Shown here in pieces: positions 35,657-46,877 of a stretch of 64,000 nt of DNA. The notes beneath the pieces were generated by a model. It saw only the letters and a list, made by a program, of their open reading frames with translations, was not told the origin of the DNA and made no database searches. A program made the translations under genes and the position numbers. The DNA is from Eledone cirrhosa (taxonomy: Eukaryota): the NCBI GenBank assembly GCA_964016885.1, contig CAXHJY010001554.1, positions 1-64,000 on the forward strand, written 5' to 3'. The number at the start of each line of letters is the position of its first letter. Position 1 is the stretch's first letter.

Positions 35657-36871
35657 ATGGCTAACACACGTTCAAAATCCTCTACTGAATCCCTCAAATC
35701 GGATACACTACTACAGGAAATATCAGAAAAACTCACCATAATAATAGATAAATATGATTCCCTTACGAATGCCGTACAAGAAATGGAACAACAAACACGC
35801 AGCTATAGGGAAAAACTTGATTCACTAATTACAGACCGACAAAAACAAGAACAAACCTTTTCTCCTGAAATAGCTACACATGAACAGAACTCCATCACCA
35901 ATAATGCATTCAAAGAATGGAATGAACTGAATCTAGAAAAAGAAGCCTACAGAAAAAGAAACCAAATGAAAAACATTTGGAACCAACTATTAAATCAAAG
36001 GAAACAGGCATACTGGAAAGCCTTGAGGAGTGAAAACCTAGCAGACACATACGAAATATGGCGTAGCAAGGAACCAGTTATCCTCCCGAGAAAATTCCGA
36101 ATTAAAGAAATACCATCGGAATCAAAGGAAGAAACTGCAACAAGACTAAATCTAGCACTCCAAACACTTGAGACCGAAATCACCCTACTCCGCCTAAGAG
36201 TGCCAAAATTCAAAGAGAAATTTGAAAAATGCGACACCACCATACAAGAGGAAATAAACAAAAGAAGCAGCGGCAATGTACGTGAAAAACTCCTTAACCT
36301 ATGGCAGACAGATACAACTAGAGAGGAGTTAAAATATAAGAAAATCTTGGAGTCAAGAACTCAATGGCTTCAATAATATGAAGATAACTATGGGAAAGAC
36401 CAAATAAAACCCAGAAAACAAAACCATAGGAAACCCCAGAACTCAGGAAAATACAACAACACAAGAAATGAAGCACCCACACACAATAAACCAACAACAA
36501 CCAGATATTGGGTAACCCCAAACACACAACTACATACAGACCCAATACTCAACACCAGAACCAGATACAACCACTGCCATAACACCAAGAACAATTACCG
36601 GAGACAAAATCAAAGACACATGAATACTGAACGAAACAACAGAAGAACCAGACCCCCATACAGCAACGACCACGCAAGAGTCTATCGCCCAACCAGTTAC
36701 CGGCATGAAGTTCCGGCGGGCCAAAGGTTTCACCACAACAGAAACACCCCTATCCCAAATGGCACCCATTTTTTAGGACTAGGGGCCTCGCACCAAATGA
36801 AAGAAAAAAAGAAAAAAGCACCACCTTTCAAGTGGCACCTGACGAGGAAGAACCAATCGAACCAAAAATAA
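35657..36871 (+). CDS. PLE upstream ORF1 (helical/coiled-coil-like N-terminal half, N/R/T/H-rich C-terminal half); one premature TAA at 36374-36376
   Basis: ORFs 35657-36376 and 36620-36871 are in the same frame and the frame is open between them. Confidence 0.7.
36769..36847 (+). promoter_or_regulatory. Candidate -1 programmed ribosomal frameshift signal (U UUU UUA + downstream stem-loop)
   Basis: CAT TTT TTA GGA in the ORF1 frame; the -1 frame is open into IINISAKKLT..GLKFTPTP; pairings CCTCG/CGAGG, CCA/TGG and TGAAAG/CTTTCA. Confidence 0.65.
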
Positions 36872-39097
36872 TCAATATATCAGCCAAGAAATTAACACAA
36901 CCAGAAATACAACTGTTAGAAAATGGACTGAAGTTCACTCCCACTCCAAAAGCAGATACAGCCGACGTTATAAAAGACACAGAAGAATACTGTCGAAAAT
37001 TACGCTTAGGAGAATTTTCCAGGGTGTACAATACGAGGAAGAATCACTGGTGAAAAACAAAAAGAACTTCACACCCCCGCCAAATAGAGATAAATACCTG
37101 GAGGAATACATAACCTGCCTTCGCCGATCAGCACGTACAAATACGGCCGAGACGAAACACAAACGCAACATCCCTACAGACCAACTACTAGCATTGAACA
37201 AGCTACAAAGGGATTCCTCAATAATAATAAAAGAAGCGGACAAAGGTGAAGTAATCGTCATCATGGACAATAACCACTACAAAGATATGGTTCTAGCACA
37301 CTTGAATGACGAAAACTTCTACAGGAAAATCACTAAAAACGAAGAAAGGAAATCGAGGAACCAAATAGGCAAACTAACAACAAAGTACCAAAACAACCTA
37401 ACACCAAAAGAAATAGATTACCTAACCAACTTCGAAATGAAAACCAGCAATTTCTATGGATTACCAAAAATTCACAAATCCATAGAAATCCAAAACAACA
37501 TAAAAGGGAAAAATACATCATACATCGAAGCACCAAAACCGACAGACTTAAAATTACGCCCCATTATTGCTGGCCCAGCCTCAAGCACACAACGTCTTAG
37601 CAACCTATTAGACATCATACTCAAACCCCTATGTAAAAAAAGTTCCAAGCTACATCAGAGATGATATGGAATTCCTTAACTATATCCCCCAAAAAGTACA
37701 CCAGGATACAATCCTAGTCAGTTTTGATGTAATAAGCCTGTACACTAACATCCCACACGACCTAGGGATTGAAGCTGTGGACTTCTGGATTACAAAACAC
37801 TCAAGTCACATTTCAGAAAGATTCCCCAAAGAATTCATCTTGGAAGGACTTAAATTAGTATTGGAAAACAACCACTTCCTCTTTGACAACGAACTTTATC
37901 TACAAATAAAAGGAACAGCCATGGGTACCAAAGTGGCCCCTACATATGCAACGCTCGTTATGGGTCACTTAGAGGCAAAATTATATTCCCAACTACAGAT
38001 AACATTCAGTCACGACTTCGCCTTCTACATTAATAAAACTGGAAACGTTACCTAGATGACTGCTTCATCTTCTGGAACAGAAGCCAAACAGACCTACAAA
38101 AATTTTATTCGATCTTAAACAGGCTTCATGAAGCTATACAATTCACTATGGAATGTAACGAAAAGGAACTGCCCTTTCTAGATATCCTCATCATTAAAGA
38201 AGGGGAAAATATCATAACGGACCTATTTTGCAAACCCACTGACACACACCAAAACTTAAATTTCCGGTCAGCACACCCCTCACATACGAAAAGGAACATT
38301 CCCTTCAACGTGGCAAGGCGCATCTGCACTATAGCAACACACCCCGTACTACAAGAAAAAAGATTATGTGACCTGAAAAAATTCCTTAAAAAACAAGAAT
38401 ACCCGATGAAACTCATCAACGCAGACATCTCCAAGGCTAAGAACATCCCAATAACAACACTGAGAAAACCAAACCCACAACATAAAAAAGAAAACCCTGC
38501 TATCTCTTTTGTCATCACTCACAACCCAGGGAACATCAACATTGTGAAAACTGCTAAGCAGTATCTCCCGATTCTACAGCAATCTACCAAAATGAATGCA
38601 CTCTTAAAAACACACAGATAATTTATAGCAGACGCCAAGCACCCAACCTTAAAAAACTAATTACCAAGGCAAAATTTACGACCAACATGGAATCAATGCA
38701 AGTGACGAAATGCGGGGACCCTAGATGTGGAACCTGTGAACTCATCGAAGAGGGCAAACAGTTGTCCTTCAAAAACCATGATAATTTCAAGGTCAATGCA
38801 AACATGAACTGCAAAACGAAAAACCTAATATATTGCGCAACATGTCCACAGTGTAAAGAGTATTACATTGGGGAAACCGGAACGGGATTACATGATAGAG
38901 TCCGGGTACATAAACAACAAATTAAAGACCCCACAGTCAGAAATACCACATGTAGCGCACACTTTGCATCATGCGGGAAGGGAAAATTCACAATCTTCCC
39001 TTTCTTCAAGATATGGTCGGATAACGAACATTTCCGCAGATATAAAGAAGAATTCTTCATTGAAAAATTTAATCCACTACTGAACACGAAAAAATGA
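36772..39097 (+). pseudogene. Neptune-type PLE RT + CxxxxCxxC linker + GIY-YIG (about 4 small frameshifts)
   Basis: ADKG, FYGLPKIHK, LRPIIAG, SFDVISLYTNIP, QIKGTAMGT, RYLDD, LPFLD, KPTD, CGDPRCGTC, LIYCATCPQCKEYYIGET. Confidence 0.93.
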
Positions 39098-39179
39098 ATT
39101 AACACTCGGAGGTAGAATTCCATTTCACTACCACCCCCCTATCTTCTTATGTGTACACATGAATATCTGAGTGAACGGT

Positions 39180-39317
39180 GAGACACACACATATGTGTGT
39201 AGGTATGTATGGATGTATGTACGTGTGGGTATATATGTATGTGGGTGTGTGTATGTGTGTGTGTATATATATGTATGGATGTGTGTATATATATGTATGG
39301 ATGTGTGTATGTTTGTA

Positions 39318-39348
<31 letters not shown>

Positions 39349-39399
39349 GTGTGTATGTGTGTATATATATGTATATGTATGTATGTGTATGTTTGTGTA

Positions 39400-39431
<32 letters not shown>

Positions 39432-39640
39432 GATATATGTTTATGTGTGTGTGTATGTATATGTATGTATCTATATGTGTGTGTGTGTGTATGTATGTGC
39501 ATATATGTATATATGTGTGTACATATGTGTATGTTTCTGTATGTGTATATGTATGTATGTATGTAGATGTATGTATATATATGTATATATATATATATGT
39601 ATATATGTATGTATATATGTGTCTTTATGTGGTTGTGTGT

Positions 39641-39683
<43 letters not shown>

Positions 39684-39695
39684 CTTGTATGTGTA

Positions 39696-39728
<33 letters not shown>

Positions 39729-39832
39729 GTGTATATATATATATATAGATATATGTATGTGTATATGTATGTATATGTGTGTATGTGTCTGTATGTGTTT
39801 ATGTGTACATATATGTATGTATGTATATATGT

Positions 39833-39876
<44 letters not shown>

Positions 39877-40290
39877 ATGCCTCTCTCTCTCTATATATAT
39901 ATGTATATATATGTATGTGTGTATGTGTGTGTGTGTATGCATGTATGTGTGAACGGAGGTATATATACGGACATATGTATATATGTGTGTGTGTACACGT
40001 GTGTGTGTGTGTGTGTGTGTGTGGGGGGGGGGGGGGTATATATGTATATTTAGTTATGTATCTTTATGTATGTATATGTATGTATGTATATATATATATA
40101 CCCATGTGGAGGTATGAGTACATATTCGTGTGTGTACGTATGGGTATATGTGTTTTTGTATGTGTCTTTATGTTTTTGTGTATGTATGTGGATGTATATG
40201 TACATGGGTGTGTGATTGATGGTGTGTGCCTATATATTCCTACATATGCCCGTGTGTGTATGTACGTATATACGCACATATGTGTGTGTT
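39180..40290. repeat. (GT/TA) compound microsatellite inside the family C 3' UTR
   Basis: Read directly from the sequence. Confidence 0.9.
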
Positions 40291-40619
40291 GAACAAAGGA
40301 CTAATTTTGGGATGGACGTAGAAAAATTCTTCATAAAAAAATAATTGTTTACAAACTTGGCAGGTGCGATTTGCTTGTGACCATTCTCAACACAAAGGAA
40401 TCCCCTGAATAAAGGAATTTTTCGAGAATGACCGGGGCAGGCCACACTTGCTACATTTCTCCCCACCCACCCCTACTCACCGTCTCAACTCATTACTGCT
40501 ATTAACACTTTTTCAACACACCTACACCCATACACTTATTAAAAAGGGGGAGAAAAAACCCCACCACACCACAGACATGTTAAATCCCTATATATAGAAC
40601 GACACACCACATACACAAC

Positions 40620-40707
40620 AGTTTGACAAGCGCACCTCAGCGTGAAAGGTCGTTCTAAAAACGAAACAATACCTCCTACGTTAACCAAGAACTCCTAAGA
40701 CCTAACT
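40620..40707 (+). ncRNA. Hammerhead ribozyme, family C: U3:A8 core, extended stem III (other copies 35375-35459 plus, 35179-35263 minus)
   Basis: AGT-TTGACAA-GCGC acctca GCGT-GAA-AGGTC.GTTCT...AGAAC..GACCT-A-ACT; stem I is only 3 bp. Confidence 0.62.
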
Positions 40708-40877
40708 TAATTTATAAAATAATTTTTTTTAAGAAAAAAAATTTTTTTCTAATCCGGAAAAAGTTCTTTTGGGATTTTGTGAAGAAAATAAATTTGTTGA
40801 ACGTACAAGTGAAGCCATTTTTTCTTCCCCCCTGTCTAAATATACATATATATATAAATATATATATAAATATATAT

Positions 40878-42342
40878 GGAAAGTTATATTTAAAATTGTT
40901 GGGTTACAACTAGTAAATATTTATAACTGGTATAAAAGCACTCGACAAATATTTGGAGTATATTTACAATATTAAATAAATGGAAAACTATATTTATAAA
41001 ACCATATCTATTTCATTATATATATTTCGGGGATATCATTAACAATATGCTATGCCTTCATCAGACAAAATACAATATAAACAGTTTTATAGACAAATAA
41101 GTTCGACATACCGTTATAACACCGACTTCATTTGAAGAGGTTTACTCTGGCTGTGAAAAAATTTTACACAGGGAGAAAGAAAAAGAGAGAAAACAGAAAG
41201 AAAGACAGAAAACGAAGAAAAGGAAGAAAAAGAAGAGAAAGAGGAAATGCATGGAACAAAATAGAGAGATGGAAAGATAGATAAAGCGAAGAACTTCATG
41301 TAAAGAAACAGAAAGATATATATATATATATATAGAGAGAGAGGAAATAGAGATAGATACATATATATATATATAGAAAATTAGGTAGTGGGAGGTCATT
41401 TTGAGTAAATGTATCAATGATACGTTTATTTATTTATTTATTTATTTAGCTCAAGTATTAATGTAAGGGAGATATATATAGAGAGAAAAAAATATATAGA
41501 GAGAGGAGAGGAAAAAATATAGAGAGAGGAAAAAATAGCGAGAGAAAAAAATTTAAAAATAGCCAGATATATTCGAGGCGTAAAAACCCTATGTTTTAAT
41601 GTATTAATATTTATAGATAATTAATTTTCACACATTATAGATACTTGTCTCATTCAGGAATACTGATATTTACAATATAGTGTAAGTTTTATAAATATTA
41701 ATACATTAAAACATAGGGTTTTTACGCCTCATATATATCTGGCTATTTTTAAATTTTTTTCTCTCGCTATTTTTTCCTCTCTCTATATTTTTTCCTCTCC
41801 TCTCTCTATATATTTTTTTCTCTCTCTCTATATATATCTCCCTTACATTAATACTTGAGCTAAATAAATAAATAAATAAATAAACGTATCATTGATACAT
41901 TTACTCAAAATGACCTCCCACTACCTAATTTTCTATATATATATATGTATCTATCTCTATTTCCTCTCTCTCTATATATATATATATATCTTTCTGTTTC
42001 TTTACATGAAGTTCTTCGCTTTATCTATCTTTCCATCTCTCTATTTTGTTCCATGCATTTCCTCTTTCTCTTCTTTTTCTTCCTTTTCTTCGTTTTCTGT
42101 CTTTCTTTCTGTTTTCTCTCTTTTTCTTTCTCCCTGTGTAAAACTTTTTCACAGCCAGAGTAAACCTCTTCAAATGAAGTCGGTGTTATAACGGTATGTC
42201 GAACTTATTTGTCTATAAAACTGTTTATATTGTATTTTGTCTGATGAAGGCATAGCATATTGTTAATATGATATCCCCGAAATATATATAATGAAATAGA
42301 TATGGTTTTATAAATATAGTTTTCCATTTATTTAATATTGTA
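40878..42342. mobile_element. Head-to-head pair of family B pLTRs (non-coding palindrome, ~650-bp arms)
   Basis: 40965-41615 is the reverse complement of ~41690-42342; HHRs at 41009-41072 (minus) and 42233-42298 (plus). Confidence 0.9.
42233..42298 (+). ncRNA. Hammerhead ribozyme, family B
   Basis: Identical layout to 26778-26843. Confidence 0.72.
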
Positions 42343-42431
42343 TATAAATATATATATATAAATATAAATATATATATGTGCGTGTGCGTGTGTGTGTGTG
42401 TGTATGCACGTGTGTGAGTACATAAATATGT

Positions 42432-42680
42432 CATCATCATCATTGTTTAACGTCTATCTTCCACGCTAGCATGGGTTTAGACGAGAATTGTCCTACTTGA
42501 CACAAGATTGGGTGAGTGACCATGTCTCGCTCATATAAGACTATCTGGCAGGTTTTCTACGGTTGGATGCTCTTCCTAACACCAACCACACAGTGTATAT
42601 ATATCTACGGCTGGATCCCCTTCCTAACACCAACCACACAGTGTATATATATCTACGGCTGGATCCCATTCCTAACACAG
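42432..42680 (-). mobile_element. SINE fragment (Ceph-SINE-like) with internal ~41-bp triplication
   Basis: (ATG)n tail on minus; GTGGTTGGTGTTAGGAAGRGSATCCA(G/A)CCGTAGA motif repeated three times. Family name is from recall. Confidence 0.55.
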
Positions 42681-42983
42681 TGTATGTATATATATACATA
42701 TATAAATACAAGGGAACGCGCGAAAGCTTCAACAACATCATCATCTTTGTCGCTTCTCTTGGATTGCCTCTAGAACGTAACCTTATTATGTAAGAAGCTG
42801 TCTGATGAGATCATGGCACTGGTTAGATGGAATCACATGGCCACTGTAGTCCTTGAAATATGTATCACAGCCTTATCAATAAAGAACTTCAACATCTGAA
42901 ACTACTTCGCATTTTCTTATTTTATATATATATATATATCACAGAAAAAAGAGAATCAGTGTTGCGACGAAAGGAATTTATTG

Positions 42984-43078
42984 GACATATTACAATCGTT
43001 TCTCTGGCGACCAGCTCGAGGCACGATCGATGCGATGATCGAACCTGACTCTGAAATCGCAAGGTCCTCAGATACGTC
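42984..43078 (-). ncRNA. Hammerhead ribozyme, family F
   Basis: Reverse complement reads GACGTAT-CTGAGGA-62 nt-GAAA-CGATTG-TA-ATATGTC. Confidence 0.78.
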
Positions 43079-43444
43079 TCGATTCTTTAACATCGAATTC
43101 CTTCGTTTGTTGATTTAGATTCTGTTGTTGTCATTCCATGAGTGGTCAAGAATTGTACACGACATCGGTATTTCAAGCCACTCATGGTTGCCCACTGTTT
43201 GGTTCTTCTCGTTCTCCACCTGTCAGTTAAAATATCTTCATGTATCCGAATTACTACTGTGGTGGGAAAGGGGCTGTGATCTTGAACGGCTGGCATCACT
43301 TCGACGTGTTCAATGACCCAAGGCGCCCTATTCCACAGCGGTCAGGTATACACCCGCAATTATGCTGTATGCGGCAGTCATTGTAAATAATGTTTGGCGG
43401 GAATTCCTTTAAAAAACAAATCATAGGAATATTTAGCATAACAT

Positions 43445-43654
43445 TTGGAACTGGATACAGGCCTACACCGACCATATCACAAGCCCAACGAGAACCTGCA
43501 GTATGTTAACAGGCACTCAAACCACTCCAAGTCGCTTATTGATGCTATAGTGAAGGGGGTATCCATCCGAGTATCCACACTCTCCGCCAACATTGATGTG
43601 TTCAATCAGCACGCCGACTACTACAATGAGGCACTGGGCAGGGCCGGTACATAG
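43445..43654 (+). pseudogene. PLE RT thumb fragment
   Basis: LDTGLHRPYHKPNENLQYVNRHSNH...YYNEALGRAG aligns with the family A and B RT. Confidence 0.85.
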
Positions 43655-44260
43655 AGGCCATAGTGTACACCCCGGATAAAGGCAGGCCGCAGAGTGATGA
43701 ACACAAACACCTAGACACCGCTAGTAATAACTTAGGTGTTTGCTTATGGGTAGGTTGTCTGCCTAACAGTATAGATAGGAGTATTAAACTTGACAGTGAT
43801 GGCAGCACAGTGCATAGACAGTCGAGGGAGCTTGGGAACCCTAGGGACCACAACACATGGACTGAACAGTAGTAACACCTCGGACGAGGGCGGGTTAACC
43901 ATAGATAGTGAAGTAGATAACACAGCTCGGAGCTCTATGGTTAAAGGACAATAATTGCGGGTGTATACCTGACCGCTGTAGACTAAGGTCCCTGGGGGCA
44001 ATGAAGACGTCGAAGTGATGCCAGCCGTTCAAGATCACAGCCCCTCTCCCACCACAGTAGAAATTCTGATATATGGAGAAATTCTGATTGACAGGTGGAG
44101 AATGAGAGGAAGCAAGAAGTGGGCAACCATGAGTGGCTAGAAATACCGGTGACGTGTACAATTCTTGACCACTCATGGAATGACAACAACAGGATCTAAA
44201 TCAACAAACGAAGGAATTCGATGTTAAAAGACAATAGGAAAATCTGCTTCGTAGAATCGA

Positions 44261-44355
44261 GACGTTTCTGAGGACCGCGCGATTTCAGAGTCAGGTTCGA
44301 TCATCAAATCCATCGTGCCACGAGCTGGTCACCCGAGAAACGATTGTAATATGTC
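44261..44355 (+). ncRNA. Hammerhead ribozyme, family F, 62-nt stem II
   Basis: GACGTTT-CTGAGGA(44268)-...-GAAA(44337)-CGATTG-TA-ATATGTC. Confidence 0.75.
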
Positions 44356-44477
44356 CAATAAATTGCATTCGTCGCAACACTGATTCTCTTTTTTTCTGTG
44401 ATATCATACTCTGTTCTACGAGAGCATCGAGTGCTCATACGGTCTACCGCATACGGGCGCTTTAAGCATCCAACACC

Positions 44478-44532
<55 letters not shown>

Positions 44533-44564
44533 TAAGTATGTTTTGAAACAGTGAGCAGGTTTGA

Positions 44565-44698
44565 AATTAGAAAATTGAATAGCTTTCACCCTATTTTTGA
44601 CTAAAGAAATTTTAGTCTGATAATGGGGTTTAAACCCCATTATCAGACTAAAATTTCTTTAGTCAAAAATACGGTGAAAGCTATTCTATTTTCTAATT
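44565..44698. repeat. 134-bp near-perfect spacerless palindrome
   Basis: Centred on GGGGTTT|AAACCCC at 44631/44632. Confidence 0.95.
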
Positions 44699-44706
44699 AT
44701 TGGGCA

Positions 44707-44833
44707 CCCACTGAAGAATTCTAAGAGCCCACTTGAATATGTATCTGTTGATCTTATACAAGCTCCTACATAAATTGATATAATTTCACCCAAATTGTAG
44801 GAATCTTATAATGAAACGAGACGTCCGTCTGGG
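44707..44833 (+). ncRNA. Candidate hammerhead (family G) with 95-nt stem II
   Basis: CTGAAGA(44711)-ATTCTAAGA...TCTTATAAT-GAAA(44813)-CG aga CG-TC; stem I is weak (CCCA/TGGG, offset). Confidence 0.45.
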
Positions 44834-45003
44834 AAGAGATATATTCGATATATCTCATATGAAATAATACAGCCAATTTTCCACACAATACAATTAGTTA
44901 GCACCCCGAACGTTTAATTAGGAATATACTCACTTATTTCCTAATGTTTGTTGAGTGAGTTGGGATTTGGCCGGACTATCGCTATAAGCTTTCTCCGATA
45001 ATG

Positions 45004-45055
<52 letters not shown>

Positions 45056-46350
45056 AAACTAATATCTCATATATCAGACTCTGTATCTGAAGGATTGACT
45101 GAGGGAAACACGGAACCAATCTCTGGATCTCACTGAACTACTGGCTAACGGAATACATTGAGTTCTAACTACGGTATAGACCCTAGCATAAAAGGTAGAA
45201 CTCACTACAAGTAGCTGACTGCTGTAGCTGGTCACGTGACAGTTGACAGGTCAAAGGTGAGACGAAGAATGTACAGTGTATTGTAGCAAGACACTAAATG
45301 ACACGAGTTCTAACCCCTTCAACTCCCCCTAACAGTACCCCCCAACCGTATCCCCCCCTTCAACTGTAGCACCCCCACCCCTTCAATGTCCTTTCTCTCT
45401 CTCTCCCTCTTACTTTTACGAGAGTCATCTGAATAGTTCATAGACTGACTATAGAGGAGTGATGCTAGAGCTGTGAAAATCTTGTATGCATTAATTTCAA
45501 CTCCTCTTATTAATAAACTGCCTTATTTTTATCCAGGGACTATGTTGAAAAATAAACCTCATTTGGTCATTCCATGAGAGTATCTTGGTTAATCTATCAA
45601 CTTTGAAGCCAACCCTTGTAAACCCTGAAGACGAAAACCCTTCATACATCACCACCCTTTCAATTCTTCTTTGCTCTTGCTTGAGGGGACTATAATTTTC
45701 CTAGGTCAGCGATCCCAGGGGTATCATTGTATTTAGAACTGACCAGGTCCACAAGTTCCCTCCATCTTCACAGCAGCTACAGCTAAAACAATTTTTTGTA
45801 GTCAAACAACACTGATGCTGCTTTGAAATTTACAAACTTCTTATCAGCTCAATCTACATATAAATTTGACAGACTTCCGTCTGCCCGTGCGTCACACAAT
45901 GTGTGTGTGAATGTATGTGTGTAAAAGGAAGGAAGGGGATGGTGAAAAAAACTATAGCAAAACAGCGGCTGGCATTCCATTCGCTACACTGTATGTGAAT
46001 GTATGCATTTGTGTTTGTGTGAGTGTATGAGTGTGTTTGTGTGAATGTATGTGTGTGTTTGTGTGAATGTATGTGTAAATGTATGTATGTGTGTCTTTGT
46101 GTGCATGTGTTTGTGTAAATATATGTGTGTGTTTGTGTGAATGTATGTGTGTTTGTGTAAATGTATGTGTATGTGTGTGTGAATGCATATCTGTCAGTGT
46201 TTATTATTGTAAGTGAGCCTGCGTTTGAGCATTTATATATATATGTTGTTGTTGTTACAGCTCACACCTATGCAGGTTTAGCTGGCCTCCTCCAAGGTAT
46301 ATCTCGGAGATTTCTTGGTTGATTTAATGATAGGGACCCCAGTCCTATAA

Positions 46351-46491
46351 TCTCATTTCTACAGCTGAGTAAACTGGAGCAATGTGAAATAAAATGTCTT
46401 GCTCAAGGAAACAACGCATCACCCAGTCTGAGAATTGAACTAACAACCTTTCGATTGCAAGGCCAATGCTCTAACCACTAAACCATGCGCC
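46351..46491 (-). mobile_element. tRNA-derived SINE with CORE-like domain
   Basis: Reverse complement has A box TGGTTTAGTGG, B box GTTCAATTC, then TCCTTGAGCAAGACA. Confidence 0.75.
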
Positions 46492-46877
46492 TATATTTAT
46501 ATACTCATCCATATAAATGTATGCACATACACACATATACACATATGCGTGAGCATGTTGAACAAAATTCGAGTAAATCTAATATTAGATAAATAAATTT
46601 CCACTTACTCAGTAAAGACAGTTGATCTGATGAAAGGAAATTGTCTCTGCTTTCGAATAGTTTTCTGTTGTAACATGTTTCCTGATACCAACCATCTTTT
46701 GGAGAGGAATAAATATAAACATAAATATATAAACACAGATATATAAACCAAAAAATATATAAACAGATCTTTACATCTTCTCTGCTACTAACATATTGAG
46801 TACTTTATTTAACTGAGGTTTCCTCACAATCTACAATCCCCTTTGGTAAACAGTTCTTGATTATATATATATATATA

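Larger units (their letters stand above)
35179..40838 (+). mobile_element. Apparently full-length Neptune-like PLE (family C) with upstream inverted + direct pLTR pieces and a 3' pLTR
   Basis: 35179-35374 is the reverse complement of ~40510-40704; 35375-35590 is a direct repeat of 40623-40838; ORF1 and RT-EN lie between. Confidence 0.92.
42938..44480 (+). mobile_element. PLE family F: inverted pLTRs around an internally deleted RT-thumb fragment
   Basis: 42938-43365 is approximately the reverse complement of 43950-44403; HHRs in both arms. Confidence 0.85.

Noticed and set aside
35657-39097. Selenocysteine recoding as in Naiad PLEs
   Set aside because: The endonuclease is C-terminal, the ORF1 interruption is TAA, and the RT breaks are frameshifts rather than in-frame TGA at Cys positions; no SECIS was identified.
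45159-45204. Twister-ribozyme-like UAA-CUAC...AUAAAA-GUAG pattern
   Set aside because: The pseudoknot partners and P4 stem required for twister are missing.
46420-46491. tRNA gene
   Set aside because: A tRNA-like head followed by a SINE core domain, with poor acceptor-stem pairing.
46627-46660. CTGATGA-AAG...CTTTC-GAAT motif
   Set aside because: GAAA is broken and stems I and III are not evident.
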